Sequence record: SRR22947727_1615
DNA: 44,394 bases
Reading direction: 5' to 3' (one strand)
The notes below the pieces were generated by a model. That model did not search any database. It saw nothing but the letters and a program-made list of their open reading frames with translations, and was not told the DNA's origin. Made by a program: the position numbers and the translations under genes. Shown one piece after another: positions 24,723-35,484 of the stretch. Every line of letters starts with the position of its first letter. The stretch's first letter is position 1.

Positions 24723-26119
24723 CAGATATTTTGATTATTGATGACGAGCGCGATATCCGTGAATTGATCTCTGAAATATTGATCGATGAAGGCTACAAAA
24801 CACGGCTCGCGGGCACGTCTGATGCAGCCATGCGCCAGATTGCCGATGAGCGCCCGGCTATGCTGATCCTGGACATCTGGCTCAAAGACAGTGCGATGGA
24901 TGGCATTGATATTTTGAAGTCCGTGAAATCCAATTACCCGGATGTGCCGGTGGTGATTATTTCCGGTCATGGTAACATCGAGATTGCTGTTGCGGCGATC
25001 AAGCAAGGCGCGTTCGATTTCATCGAGAAACCTTTCAATATAGATCAATTGCTCGTGGTTATTCGCCGGGCTATGGAAGTGGCCAACCTGCGCAGTGAGA
25101 ACATCGCTCTGCGCAGCCAGTACCAACAACCCTTGGAACTAATTGGACAAAGTGCTGTTTTCAAAGCCTTGAAGAGCAGTCTCGATAAGGTCACGAAATC
25201 GAATGGGCGCGTTTTGTTAACGGGCCCATCTGGCGTTGGCAAGGAAACGGCTGCGCGCTACATTCACATCAATTCAAACAGGTTCAATACACCGCTTGTG
25301 GTGGTCAACTGCGCCTCTCTGGATGCTGAGACGGCAGATGCAAAGCTATTTGGCGTCGAGCTCAACGGCAGGCTGCATCAAATGGGCCTATTAGAGTCGG
25401 CGCATAACGGTATTCTATTTTTTGACGAAATTGCAGATTTACCGCTGGCCGTACAAGCTCGGCTTTTGCGGGTTTTGGTAGATCAAAGCTTCACGCGGGT
25501 GGATGGAACCGCCGCACAGAAGGTAGATATCCGCGTGATTTCAGCCACGGCGAAAGATTTGACGCAAGAGATTGAGCGCGGAGCGTTCCGTGAAGAATTG
25601 TTCCACCGCCTCAATGTGGTGCCGATTGCAGTGCCCAGCCTTGAGGAACGTCGCGAGGACATCTCAGTTCTTGCGGAGCATTTTTTGGGTGAGTTTCATG
25701 ACAAGCTTGGCCTGCCCAAGCGCCGCTTTAGCGAAGATGCGGCCACGACTTTGGAAAGTATGATTTGGCCCGGAAACATTCGCCAGCTTAAAAACCTCAT
25801 GGAGCGGGTGTTGATCATGGGTCCAACCTCGGGGGATATTGAGCCCGAAGAGCTGCCCAATGAAACAGGTGTAGCCGACAGCCGGGACGGGCAGATCGTG
25901 ATTTCAGGCAGTGTCGCCACCTATTCTTTGCGCGAAGCCCGCGAGCTTTTTGAGCGGGAATATCTTTTAACGCAAATCAACCGCTTTGGCGGCAACATCA
26001 GCCGCACCGCTAGTTTTGTTGGTATGGAGCGCTCAGCGCTGCACCGTAAACTAAAATCGCTCGGGGTGGTGACCTCAAATCGCAGCCGTGGGCTGCACGC
26101 ACAGCTTGAACCGGAGTGA
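24719..26119 (+). CDS. ntrX: Response regulator NtrX
   Basis: LDIWL, ISGHGNIEIAV, GNISRTASFVGMERSALHRKLK. Confidence 0.94.
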   Translation: MTDILIIDDERDIRELISEILIDEGYKTRLAGTSDAAMRQIADERPAMLILDIWLKDSAMDGIDILKSVKSNYPDVPVVIISGHGNIEIAVAAIKQGAFDFIEKPFNIDQLLVVIRRAMEVANLRSENIALRSQYQQPLELIGQSAVFKALKSSLDKVTKSNGRVLLTGPSGVGKETAARYIHINSNRFNTPLVVVNCASLDAETADAKLFGVELNGRLHQMGLLESAHNGILFFDEIADLPLAVQARLLRVLVDQSFTRVDGTAAQKVDIRVISATAKDLTQEIERGAFREELFHRLNVVPIAVPSLEERREDISVLAEHFLGEFHDKLGLPKRRFSEDAATTLESMIWPGNIRQLKNLMERVLIMGPTSGDIEPEELPNETGVADSRDGQIVISGSVATYSLREARELFEREYLLTQINRFGGNISRTASFVGMERSALHRKLKSLGVVTSNRSRGLHAQLEPE

Positions 26120-26196
26120 ATGAAAGAATTGACCTTCTGCATGTGGTCTGACACACCCGCTCGCAGAGTTCATCTGATTTCAAGGGGGCAAAACCC

Positions 26197-27573
26197 ATGA
26201 AAGTGATCATATGCGGAGCAGGTCAGGTTGGCTGGCAAATTGCACGCCATCTCGCCAATGAAAAAAACGACGTGACAGTCGTTGATCGCAATTCTGATCT
26301 GGTACGCCGGGCGACAGACACTTTGGATGTTCAAGGCATCGTTGGCTTTGCCAGCTATCCGGATATTTTGGCGCGCGCCGGTGCGCAGGATGCCGATATG
26401 GTCATCGCGGCCACCCATTCCGATGAGGTCAATATGGTGACCTGTCAGGTGGCGCATTCTGTGTTTAACATCCCGCGTAAAATTGCGCGCTTGCGGTCGC
26501 AAAGCTATTTGGATGCAATTTATGCTGATCTCTATCGCCGCGATCACCTGCCAATCGATGTGGTCATTAGCCCAGAGAAAGAAGTCTCCGAGGCCGCTTT
26601 ACGCCGGCTGCAAACGCCTGCCGCATTCGAAACGGAATTTTTCTTCAACGGTGATGTTCAATTGCTTGGGATTACTTTGGACGATAAATGCCCGGTTCTT
26701 AACACACCGTTGCGCCAATTGTCTGACCTTTTCTCAACACTTTCCGCCGTAGTGGTGGCCATTCGGCGCGATGGCACGCTGTTTGTCCCGAGCTCCGGTG
26801 ACCAACTCTTTGCCGGGGATTCTTGTTACATATTTGTGCAAAAACATGATGTGCAGCGGGCGCTGGAGGTCTTTGGTAAAACCGCCCATGTGCAAGATCG
26901 CATCGTCATCGTTGGCGGCGGCAATGTCGGGTTTGCTGTGGCCAAGAACCTCGAGAACCGCAGCAGCCGCATTCGGGCTAAGGTGATCGAGAAAGACCGG
27001 TTCACCGCAGAGCAAGCGGCTGAATTATTAGAGAAAACCATCGTTCTTCATGGGGATGGATTGGATGCAGATATGCTATCGGAGGCCAATATTGAACGCA
27101 GCGATGCGATCTTGGCGGTGACCGATGACGACAAAACCAATCTTCTTGCGGCCATTCGAGCCAAATCCATGGGCTGTCCGCTGGCGATATGTTTGATCAA
27201 CGATCCCTCGATGGAGCCCCTGCTGCGCGCCATGGGAATTGATGCGCATGTAAACCCTCGGGCGACGACCGTGTCCTCGATTTTGCGCCATATCCGTCAT
27301 GGGCGTGTGCGGGGCGTCTATTCCATTGGTGACGCAGAAGCGGAAGTGATTGAAGCACAGGTTTTGTCGACCTCCTCCATAGCGGGTCAGAATATTCGCG
27401 ATATTGAGTTCCCCGAGGGCGTGCTGGTCGGCGCGGTGCGAAAGGGGGATAAGATCCTAAAGCCTTCTGGCTCACTGCGTATTGAAGAGGGGGATCATGT
27501 GGTTCTTTTCTCCCTCTCAGCAGATGTGGCCGAAGTGGAACGTTTGCTTCAAGTTACGATAGATTTCTTCTAG
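26197..27573 (+). CDS. trkA: Trk potassium uptake NAD-binding subunit
   Basis: MKVIICGAGQVG, second GGGNVG; 458 aa. Confidence 0.97.
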   Translation: MKVIICGAGQVGWQIARHLANEKNDVTVVDRNSDLVRRATDTLDVQGIVGFASYPDILARAGAQDADMVIAATHSDEVNMVTCQVAHSVFNIPRKIARLRSQSYLDAIYADLYRRDHLPIDVVISPEKEVSEAALRRLQTPAAFETEFFFNGDVQLLGITLDDKCPVLNTPLRQLSDLFSTLSAVVVAIRRDGTLFVPSSGDQLFAGDSCYIFVQKHDVQRALEVFGKTAHVQDRIVIVGGGNVGFAVAKNLENRSSRIRAKVIEKDRFTAEQAAELLEKTIVLHGDGLDADMLSEANIERSDAILAVTDDDKTNLLAAIRAKSMGCPLAICLINDPSMEPLLRAMGIDAHVNPRATTVSSILRHIRHGRVRGVYSIGDAEAEVIEAQVLSTSSIAGQNIRDIEFPEGVLVGAVRKGDKILKPSGSLRIEEGDHVVLFSLSADVAEVERLLQVTIDFF

Positions 27574-27575
27574 TC

Positions 27576-29060
27576 ATGTGGGTGCGTTTTCAGAAATTGC
27601 CGCTGGCAATCTCAATCCCAACTCTTCTAATTGTGATGATGATGATCCCGTCGGTGCACGGATTCATATCCGGAGATTCCCACGAGGGGCGTAGCTTCTT
27701 TTATGCCGTGCTCATGGGGCTCTTTGGTTTGAGTTTTTTGGGGTTTTCTCTACAAGGCACTGTTTTTCCTATGCATCGTCATGCGCGACTCTGGTCGCTG
27801 ATCTCCTTCTTTCTCGGTTTTCCGATCCTTTTGGCCATACCACTTTATGAAGTCAGCGGAGCAGGTGGGTTTATTGACGCTTATCTTGATATCGTAAGCA
27901 CCGTGACAACAACTGGTCTTCCGGTCTTCGCCCCTGGCAGCTTGAGCGAAACATTGGTCATTTGGCGGGTCAGTCTGGGCTGGGCCAGTGGGTTTTTGAT
28001 TTGGGTTTTCGCCTGGGCGATTTTCGCACCGCTCAATCTGGGCGGATTTGAGCATCTGGGGGCCCGGGGAGAGGCGATGACCCGATCACAAAGCGCGCGG
28101 CAAACCGCAGGTCGACTGCCGGCAGAGAAATTCTGGCGCGAAGCCCATCGCCTCGGGCCGGTCTATCTGTGGATCACCCTGGTAACGGCTCTTGCACTTT
28201 TGATCGTCAGCGGCGACCCGAGCTATGCAATCTTGCGCGCCATGGCAACGATTGCGACATTTGGGATTGAAATTCCTGGACATGCCGGTGTCGGTGGTGT
28301 GTCTGGAGAGGTGATTTTGGCATTTGTGATGCTGTTTGCCCTGTCACGTTCTACGTTCTCAACAGTCTTTGCCCGAGCCCGTAAATGGCGCATGACCGAA
28401 GATCCAGAACTTCGCGTGGCCGCTGGCTTGGTTCTTGTGGCAGCGCTTGTTCTCATTGGACAAGGGGCGCGATATGTTGAGGGTCTTGGCGCGGGTCTTG
28501 AACTGATCTGGGGCGCGTTTTTTACCAGCCTGTCATTCCTGACCACTACGGGGCTGGCGTCCGAATCCCTGCCTTCGGGACTGGTAAACTTAGATCCGGT
28601 GGAAATCATACTTGTTGCGCTGGCCATGATTGGCGGCGGCGTGGCGACGACCGCAGGGGGCATAAAACTCTTGCGGGTTTTTATCCTGGCCGGTCATAGC
28701 CAAGCCGAGGTCAATCGCCTTACAGCACCATCACAGGTGATATCGGGGCAGATAAAAAGCCGCTCGCATGATCATCACAGTGCGATGTTGGCTTGTGTGT
28801 TTTTGGTGCTGTTCATTTTGGTTCTGGGGGCCACTACCCTGGCGTTGACGCTCACAGGCAGCCCGGTGAAAGAAGCATTGTACCTTACATTGGCCACTGT
28901 CACCAATACAGGACCACTTTTGCCAACAGGCGACGGCACCCAGACGCTGGTGATGGCACTTCCAACCCAGGCCAAGATGATCTTGGCTGCGGCAATGGTT
29001 CTGGGTCGGCTTGAGGTGTTGGCGCTCTTGGCCTTGTTAAATCCTGATATTTATCGCTGA
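27576..29060 (+). CDS. trkH: Trk potassium uptake membrane protein
   Basis: TTTG pore loops, TAGGIKLLR, MVLGRLE; follows trkA. Confidence 0.9.
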   Translation: MWVRFQKLPLAISIPTLLIVMMMIPSVHGFISGDSHEGRSFFYAVLMGLFGLSFLGFSLQGTVFPMHRHARLWSLISFFLGFPILLAIPLYEVSGAGGFIDAYLDIVSTVTTTGLPVFAPGSLSETLVIWRVSLGWASGFLIWVFAWAIFAPLNLGGFEHLGARGEAMTRSQSARQTAGRLPAEKFWREAHRLGPVYLWITLVTALALLIVSGDPSYAILRAMATIATFGIEIPGHAGVGGVSGEVILAFVMLFALSRSTFSTVFARARKWRMTEDPELRVAAGLVLVAALVLIGQGARYVEGLGAGLELIWGAFFTSLSFLTTTGLASESLPSGLVNLDPVEIILVALAMIGGGVATTAGGIKLLRVFILAGHSQAEVNRLTAPSQVISGQIKSRSHDHHSAMLACVFLVLFILVLGATTLALTLTGSPVKEALYLTLATVTNTGPLLPTGDGTQTLVMALPTQAKMILAAAMVLGRLEVLALLALLNPDIYR

Positions 29061-29168
29061 CGCAGAAATTTATGCCGATTTGCTACTAGAAATTGCTGAA
29101 AAACCACTACATACTAACCACTCCGGGGTGTAATTTTGTGTGTCCCCGCAAGAAAAAGGGCTTAAAGA

Positions 29169-29402
29169 ATGGCTTCCGATAAACAAAACTTACAAGACGC
29201 ATTTCTCAATCAAGTGCGCAAAACCAAGGTTCCTGTCACCATCTTTTTGATCAATGGCGTGAAGCTGCAAGGCGTTGTCACATGGTTTGACAATTTCTGC
29301 GTGCTCTTGCGCCGCGATGGGGCATCGCAATTGGTTTATAAACATGCGATTTCAACCATTATGCCAGCGCAGCCAATTTCTCTTTATGACGGTGAAGAAT
29401 AG
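29169..29402 (+). CDS. hfq: RNA chaperone Hfq
   Basis: [26 protein letters not shown]. Confidence 0.99.
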   Translation: MASDKQNLQDAFLNQVRKTKVPVTIFLINGVKLQGVVTWFDNFCVLLRRDGASQLVYKHAISTIMPAQPISLYDGEE

Positions 29403-29407
29403 GCATT

Positions 29408-30712
29408 ATGGGCAATACGCCAGATGCGCATGAGACCCACGCTTGGGTTTTACATCCCGATATAAAAACCGATTATTCCGCGCGCGCTGCGACGGATGCT
29501 TTGGCTGAGGCGGTGTCATTGGCTCATGCGCTTCCCGGGCTCGAAGTGATGGGAGAAACCATTGTGCGTTTGCCCCGGGCTCATCCGGGCAAGCTCTTTG
29601 GCAAGGGAAAAATCGCTGAACTTGCTGAGTTGTTTAAAGCTGCCGAAGTGGAACTTGTGCTCATAGATGGGCATGTCTCGCCGGTGCAACAGCGTAACTT
29701 GGAGAAAGATTGGGGCGTCAAAATCCTTGATCGCACCGGCTTAATCCTCGAAATTTTCTCTGATCGTGCGCGCACCCGTGAGGGGGTTTTGCAGGTGGAA
29801 ATGGCCGCTTTGAGCTATCAACGTACACGGCTTGTGCGCGCTTGGACCCATTTGGAGCGTCAACGGGGCGGTCTTGGTTTTGTGGGGGGGCCAGGCGAGA
29901 CGCAAATTGAGTCGGATCGACGGGCCATTGATATCCAATTGGTGCGGTTGCAAAAACAACTCGACAAGGTGGTGAAAACGCGCGAGCTACACCGGTCGGC
30001 ACGGGCAAAAGTGCCTTATCCAATCGTGGCTCTTGTGGGCTATACCAATGCGGGCAAGTCGACATTGTTCAACTATATGACCGGGGCCAAGGTCTTGGCC
30101 AAAGACATGCTTTTCGCCACGCTTGATCCGACGATGCGTGCGGTGAAACTGCCCAGTGGCATGGATGTGATCTTGTCAGATACTGTGGGTTTTATCTCAG
30201 ATCTGCCAACCGAGCTTGTCGCCTCCTTCCGCGCGACTTTGGAAGAGGTGACGGCAGCGCAGCTGGTTGTTCATGTACGCGACATCGCCCATCCCGAAAC
30301 TGCAGAGCAGGCGCAGGACGTGAACACGATTCTCGAAACGTTAGGCCTTGATCACGATGTGCCACGCATTGAGATGTGGAATAAAAGCGATATCTTGGAC
30401 CCAAGCGCCTTGGAGGCGCTGCAAAACGCAGCTGAGCGGTCGGATGATGTCTTCATCACTTCGGCGCTCACCGGCGCAGGCGTGCCTGAGTTTTTAGATG
30501 CCGTGTCAAGGCGGCTGACGCCTGACAAAACCCAATCAGAGCTTGTGCTTGGCCTTGACGAAGGGCGCGCGCGCGCCTGGTTGTTTGAGCAAGGTTTGGT
30601 GCGCGACGAGCAACAAACGCAAGAGGGGTTTTCCCTATCAGTCTCTTGGACAGCACGCCAAAAGAAAGCCTTTAGCGATCAGTTTGGTCCAAAACTGGTG
30701 TCAGGGTCGTAA
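29408..30712 (+). CDS. hflX: GTPase HflX
   Basis: GPGETQIE, GYTNAGKS, FATLDPT, DTVGF, NKSD. Confidence 0.98.
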   Translation: MGNTPDAHETHAWVLHPDIKTDYSARAATDALAEAVSLAHALPGLEVMGETIVRLPRAHPGKLFGKGKIAELAELFKAAEVELVLIDGHVSPVQQRNLEKDWGVKILDRTGLILEIFSDRARTREGVLQVEMAALSYQRTRLVRAWTHLERQRGGLGFVGGPGETQIESDRRAIDIQLVRLQKQLDKVVKTRELHRSARAKVPYPIVALVGYTNAGKSTLFNYMTGAKVLAKDMLFATLDPTMRAVKLPSGMDVILSDTVGFISDLPTELVASFRATLEEVTAAQLVVHVRDIAHPETAEQAQDVNTILETLGLDHDVPRIEMWNKSDILDPSALEALQNAAERSDDVFITSALTGAGVPEFLDAVSRRLTPDKTQSELVLGLDEGRARAWLFEQGLVRDEQQTQEGFSLSVSWTARQKKAFSDQFGPKLVSGS

Positions 30713-33149
30713 GGCCAGTTGCACCCGCTCGGGCCAAAGTTTCATCCAATGTCATGGGCACATATTCGCCCCGGCGCCATAATTTGCCGAGATTGTCGTA
30801 ATGCCGCGACAAGGGATGCCCACTTTGCCCGGTCGAAATGATAAAAACAGAACTGTCAGGATCGGCAAAATCATAGACCCCACGATAGGCGCCTGCATGG
30901 GCGTTTAGATAGGGGTTCGGCCCCGTGCCGATGGTTTTGCCGCGTTGGAGGGTATGGTCTCCTCCGGAGGTTGATTGCCGAATGTTTACGAACCATCTCA
31001 AGATCGGAATATCGCCCAAAACGGGATGATCATGGGTGGCTTGATGCGCCTCTCCCCAGCGCAGAGCGGTGATTTCGCTGCCATAGGTCTCGACCAGTTC
31101 GGCGAGGGCATCATCCAGAGCCAAACGAGACATCTCAGAGCAGCTCTCCATTCTGCGCGACTGCACCACGTCACACCAAATGCTGGCGCCTGACACATCG
31201 CGAAACACCCGCTCAATGAAGAGCGGCTCGACATGGGTGAAGGCCTCATGCAACGGTCCAAGCTCATCCACTATGAGACGCTTCTGCAAGGCTCTGAGCC
31301 AGGCCGCATAGATCAATGGCTCTGGCAGGTGTTCATTCATCTCACCATTCCAATTGGCCAAAAGATCCAAGGCTGTTTGGCGTCTTCCGGCCGTGCTGTC
31401 TTCGGCCACGGCTTCTGATTGAAACCAAAGCTCTGCGCCGATCAGCGGCAAAATTGTGCGCGCGGCAGGCGACACGCTGTCCAATTGCGCTTCGATAAAA
31501 CTGTCGCGGGTGTGGGCCTCTCGGGTTTGGAGCAGGCGCGTCATCCGTTGAACCCTCTGACTGTCGCCCCAATCATAGCTGATATGTTCGGGAAAGCTGC
31601 GATCGGTGTATTTATTGTTAGTGTGTCCCAAAATACCACTGGCGGGATTTAGAAAAACCGGATTTACCGAGGGATCAAAAACGCCTTGCCACCGGTTTTG
31701 TGCCAGCCAGCCGGCGCTTGGCAGGCGCCCTTTGGATTGGTGGCGCGGATCGCGTTTGGGTAGGGCGCCGATGGTGCGCATGGCAATCTGTTTGGAATCG
31801 GCCAGCGTGAGTATCTGACTGGGCGCCACGAAACTGCGGGAGGCCTGCAAGCCTTCCTGCACCGACTGCGCGGCCATCAGATCAAAACCGGCCTCAACGG
31901 ATGTGTCCTGGCTCGATAGAAGCGTCCAAGCCACCGACGTGACATGACCGGCCGGGGTCACAGCGCCTAGGTTCGCATGGCTGCCGGGCAAAACCGGGCC
32001 GTTATCTGTCCAAAACATCTCCAACGTAACGGGTGATTTGTCTTTGATCCGAACAATGCTTTGCTTTTTGATAAAGGGTTTGTAGCCCTCTGGTGTTTGA
32101 TATTCGCTTGACTCCAGTGGGTTTAGCTTTTCAATGTAAATATCTGTATCATCAAGATTTGAGCTAGTTAAGCCCCAGCCAAGCTTTGCCGAGCGTCCCA
32201 CCAAAACCAGCGGAAGGCCGGGAATGGTGCCACCAATGACGCCGCCGGTGGAGAGCTCGAGACGCGCCAAATACCAAATTGAGGGGGCGGTGAGTTCGAG
32301 ATGCGGATCATTGGCCAGAAGCGTGCCGCGGGTGGCACTGCGCCCGGGCAAGGCGGCCCATACATTCGAAGCCCCCGAAAGGGCTATAGATTTGAACGGG
32401 GAGAGGGCTGAGCGCGGCGCTTCAGCTGTGGCTCTATTGGGTGGGATCTCTGGGAATAGGCGCGTGAAATCGATGATTTCCGCTTGGTTATTGCCCGGCA
32501 TATCGGGCAGTAAATCCTTGATCCGATCATCATCTAGAATGAGAGACGCCCGCGCGCGCAGCACTTCTTGTTGTAAATGACTGGAGAGCTGAATCCCCAT
32601 AAGTTTGATGATCGCCAGGCTGTCGGCGGCGGTCCACGGGGATATCGCGTTGGAAAATAGGAAAAACTCCGGCGCGCCGCGCCCGAGTGCACCGTTGTTT
32701 ATCTCAAGGAGCCGGGCATTCACCCCAAGCGCATAGGCATCCAGTTTGGCAAGCGTGTCGGGGCGAAGGGCCGACAGCGATTGCCGGGCGGCACTATAGA
32801 TCGCCAAGCGGCGCACCATCATATCAATAGGCAGGGTGGCCTCGCCAAAAAGCTCCGAGAGCCGCCCCTGCGCCGTACGACGCAGCATTGTCATTTGCCA
32901 CAGACGATCCTGGGCATGGGCATAGCCGAGGGCAAACAGTGTATCGTGATCATTTTTGCCGAAAATATGCGGCACATTGGCCGTATCGCGAACAATTTCC
33001 ACCGGGGCTATCAGCTGCTCAAATTGTACGGTCTTTGTGTAGTCCGGCAGGGAGCGGGACAGAACATACCAGGTGAAAGCAAAAAACAGGGCGCCAATGA
33101 CAGCCAGGCTGAGAATGAGACGCATGAGCCATACAAAAATGCGATCCAT
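30672..33149 (-). CDS. Penicillin acylase family (Ntn hydrolase) protein
   Basis: VPHI, GYAHAQDRLWQM, ASNVW (catalytic Ser), LANDPHL, TGQSGHP. Confidence 0.93.
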   Translation of the reverse strand: MDRIFVWLMRLILSLAVIGALFFAFTWYVLSRSLPDYTKTVQFEQLIAPVEIVRDTANVPHIFGKNDHDTLFALGYAHAQDRLWQMTMLRRTAQGRLSELFGEATLPIDMMVRRLAIYSAARQSLSALRPDTLAKLDAYALGVNARLLEINNGALGRGAPEFFLFSNAISPWTAADSLAIIKLMGIQLSSHLQQEVLRARASLILDDDRIKDLLPDMPGNNQAEIIDFTRLFPEIPPNRATAEAPRSALSPFKSIALSGASNVWAALPGRSATRGTLLANDPHLELTAPSIWYLARLELSTGGVIGGTIPGLPLVLVGRSAKLGWGLTSSNLDDTDIYIEKLNPLESSEYQTPEGYKPFIKKQSIVRIKDKSPVTLEMFWTDNGPVLPGSHANLGAVTPAGHVTSVAWTLLSSQDTSVEAGFDLMAAQSVQEGLQASRSFVAPSQILTLADSKQIAMRTIGALPKRDPRHQSKGRLPSAGWLAQNRWQGVFDPSVNPVFLNPASGILGHTNNKYTDRSFPEHISYDWGDSQRVQRMTRLLQTREAHTRDSFIEAQLDSVSPAARTILPLIGAELWFQSEAVAEDSTAGRRQTALDLLANWNGEMNEHLPEPLIYAAWLRALQKRLIVDELGPLHEAFTHVEPLFIERVFRDVSGASIWCDVVQSRRMESCSEMSRLALDDALAELVETYGSEITALRWGEAHQATHDHPVLGDIPILRWFVNIRQSTSGGDHTLQRGKTIGTGPNPYLNAHAGAYRGVYDFADPDSSVFIISTGQSGHPLSRHYDNLGKLWRRGEYVPMTLDETLARAGATGLTTLTPVLDQTDR

Positions 33150-33219
33150 AGGGTACCTTCACTGGCAGCATGGCAAATTGCCCTGCATTTTAGATTTTAT
33201 TTTACATACTATCAGGTTC

Positions 33220-33777
33220 TTACGGGATTATCCTTGTGTATTTTGTTCCTTCAAGCGTGGCGCCGAAGCGCAGGCCGGCCTGTGCGAAAACAACAGCAAT
33301 GACCGGATTAAACGTGGTGGTGGTGTCGGCGGCGAAGGAGTCGCCTTGATCTTGGTAAGCGTATTCAACATTTGCGCCAGCCACCCAGCCCGGTGAAGCT
33401 CTAAACCCGGCCAATGCGTCATCGGTCATGAAAAATAGCACATGTGAGTATTGCTGCGCACCAAGTTGCAACCCGGCGCTCGCCCCGGCCGCAGAATAGT
33501 AATCGACATTGGAATCACCAACCCGCAGCGCACCACGGCCAAAACTGCCGCCCAGGCCGAACCCCGCTTCGGTAATCAAAGGCATGACCAACATGCCGCT
33601 GGCGTTCTTGGCCAATTGTTGGGTGCCGGGGTAACTGTCAAACATGACCTGTAACGTTGACTCAACAGCCGCATCAATTTGCGGTGCCTTATTAGAACCA
33701 ATCGCATTTGAACAGGCCGCTGTGCCGCCAAGGGCGAGAAGGCCAAGTGAAAAATTTCGTCGTGTTGTCTGTGTCAT
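33220..33777 (-). CDS. Tat-signal lipoprotein, YSC84/SYLF lipid-binding family
   Basis: TRRNF Tat motif, AAC lipobox, GFGLGGSFGRG, GLQLGAQ. Confidence 0.85.
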   Translation of the reverse strand: MTQTTRRNFSLGLLALGGTAACSNAIGSNKAPQIDAAVESTLQVMFDSYPGTQQLAKNASGMLVMPLITEAGFGLGGSFGRGALRVGDSNVDYYSAAGASAGLQLGAQQYSHVLFFMTDDALAGFRASPGWVAGANVEYAYQDQGDSFAADTTTTFNPVIAVVFAQAGLRFGATLEGTKYTRIIP

Positions 33778-33864
33778 AGATGCTCCGCCTTTTTCTGTCC
33801 GATTTATCGGATCTGCGATAAATTTTATATCATTTCCTGATGCCTGTCACTAGCGCGCCCAGGT

Positions 33865-34875
33865 TCAATGCGCGCCGTTTAAGATTTCGGCGACCTCTGG
33901 CGCAAAATAGGTCAAAACCCCGTCACATCCGGCCCGCTTAAAGGCCATGAGGCTCTCGAGCATGACCCGGCGCCCTTCAAGCCAGCCATTTTGCGCCGCC
34001 GCTTGCAGCATCGCATACTCTCCAGACACCTGATAGGCGAATGTTGGCACGCCAAATTCGCTCTTCGCCCGATGGCAAATGTCTAAATAGGGCATGCCGG
34101 GTTTGACCATGACCATATCTGCCCCTTCAGACAAATCCCGCGCGATCATCCGCAGGGCTTCGTCGCTGTTTGCCGGATCTATTTGATAGGTATTTTTGTC
34201 GCCCGTGAGCGCACCCGTGGCCCCAACGGCATCTCGGAATGGCCCATAAAATGCGGAAGAAAACTTGGCAGAATAGCTCAATATGCTGACGTTGTGGAAG
34301 GAGTTTTGCTCCAACATGGTCCGCAAAGCACCGATGCGCCCATCCATCATATCAGACGGTCCAAGAATATCGGCTCCCGATTGGGCCTGTGCCTCGCCCA
34401 TTTTGACCAGAGCGGCCACGGTTTCGTCGTTAATGATCTCACCGTCCCGCACGATGCCATCGTGGCCGTTGATGTTATAAGGATCTAGCGCAATATCTGT
34501 CATGACCATGACGTCAGGAACGGCATCTTTGATCGCTCGAATGGCCCGATTGGACAGGTTGTCAGGATTCCAAGCCTCTTTGCAATCTTCGGTTTTTAAT
34601 GCCGGGTCGGTATATGGAAAAATGCAGATTGCAGGAATGCCGAGCTTATGGGCCGTCGCCGCCAAAGCGGGCAACCGATCAACCGTGTGGCGACTGACAC
34701 CCGGCATTGAGCTCACGGGTTCGTGGCTATCCTCTCCCGCCATGACAAAGATGGGCCAAATCAGATCAGCGGGGCTGAGATGTGTTTCGCGCACCATCGC
34801 CCGCAGTGCAGGATAGGCCCGCAGCCGCCGAGGACGCAGGGCAGGAAAGGGGGCTTGGGTTTGAAAACGCGCCAT
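33865..34875 (-). CDS. hemB: Porphobilinogen synthase
   Basis: RPRRLR, DIALDPY...GHDG, PSDMMDGR, FYGPFRDA, MVKPG, YQVSGEY. Confidence 0.98.
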   Translation of the reverse strand: MARFQTQAPFPALRPRRLRAYPALRAMVRETHLSPADLIWPIFVMAGEDSHEPVSSMPGVSRHTVDRLPALAATAHKLGIPAICIFPYTDPALKTEDCKEAWNPDNLSNRAIRAIKDAVPDVMVMTDIALDPYNINGHDGIVRDGEIINDETVAALVKMGEAQAQSGADILGPSDMMDGRIGALRTMLEQNSFHNVSILSYSAKFSSAFYGPFRDAVGATGALTGDKNTYQIDPANSDEALRMIARDLSEGADMVMVKPGMPYLDICHRAKSEFGVPTFAYQVSGEYAMLQAAAQNGWLEGRRVMLESLMAFKRAGCDGVLTYFAPEVAEILNGAH

Positions 34876-34972
34876 GACTGGAACCTCATTTACATAGATA
34901 GTTTGGGTTTTCTTCTGATCGGCTTAGGTGTAGCAGAGAAAAAATGCAAATTCCAAATTCAAGTGACCCTTA

Positions 34973-35458
34973 ATGAGCCTCATTGATCTTCTTTCATGGG
35001 ATGCCTTTGGCAGCGGATGGTTTTGGTCCCTTATTGTGTTGCAATGGTTTTGGCATGGCGCTCAAGTCCTCGGAGTGCCTATTGATTGCCTTCAATCCAA
35101 AGACAGGGGGCAGCTTTTTATGATCGTAAAGTGGCGCGCCCAACGCAGGGTTGATACAGCCCATCAAGCGCCGCTCGCCGTTGTGGTCGCCCTGTCGTTT
35201 TCGGTATCCGTGCTCTTCATATTGGGGTTTATCTACCAGATTGAACTCTGTGCCGCCGCCAGTCTTTTGATCCTTCCAGAATTGGTGATTTTCCGATTGG
35301 GTTATCGCACGGCGCAGACCATATGCGCCGATCATCAGGAGTTTGAGCCAGTGATCAAAGAGTTGAAAAAACTGCATCTAAAGATCTATGCCACAGGCGC
35401 CGCGGCTATTTTCTGCGCCGGGGTATTTGGCTACGGGTTCGAGGTCTTGACACAATGA
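34973..35458 (+). CDS. Conserved Rhodobacteraceae membrane protein upstream of mfd
   Basis: LIDL..F.S.WFW...VLGVP.D pattern; several TM segments; hemB-X-mfd synteny. Confidence 0.75.
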   Translation: MSLIDLLSWDAFGSGWFWSLIVLQWFWHGAQVLGVPIDCLQSKDRGQLFMIVKWRAQRRVDTAHQAPLAVVVALSFSVSVLFILGFIYQIELCAAASLLILPELVIFRLGYRTAQTICADHQEFEPVIKELKKLHLKIYATGAAAIFCAGVFGYGFEVLTQ

Positions 35459-35484
35459 TAAGACAAAAGGTTTGACGGGCTGAT

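Noticed and set aside
30672-30712. 41-bp convergent overlap of hflX and the acylase gene
   Set aside because: Short 3' overlaps are common in compact genomes and there is no sign of a separate function
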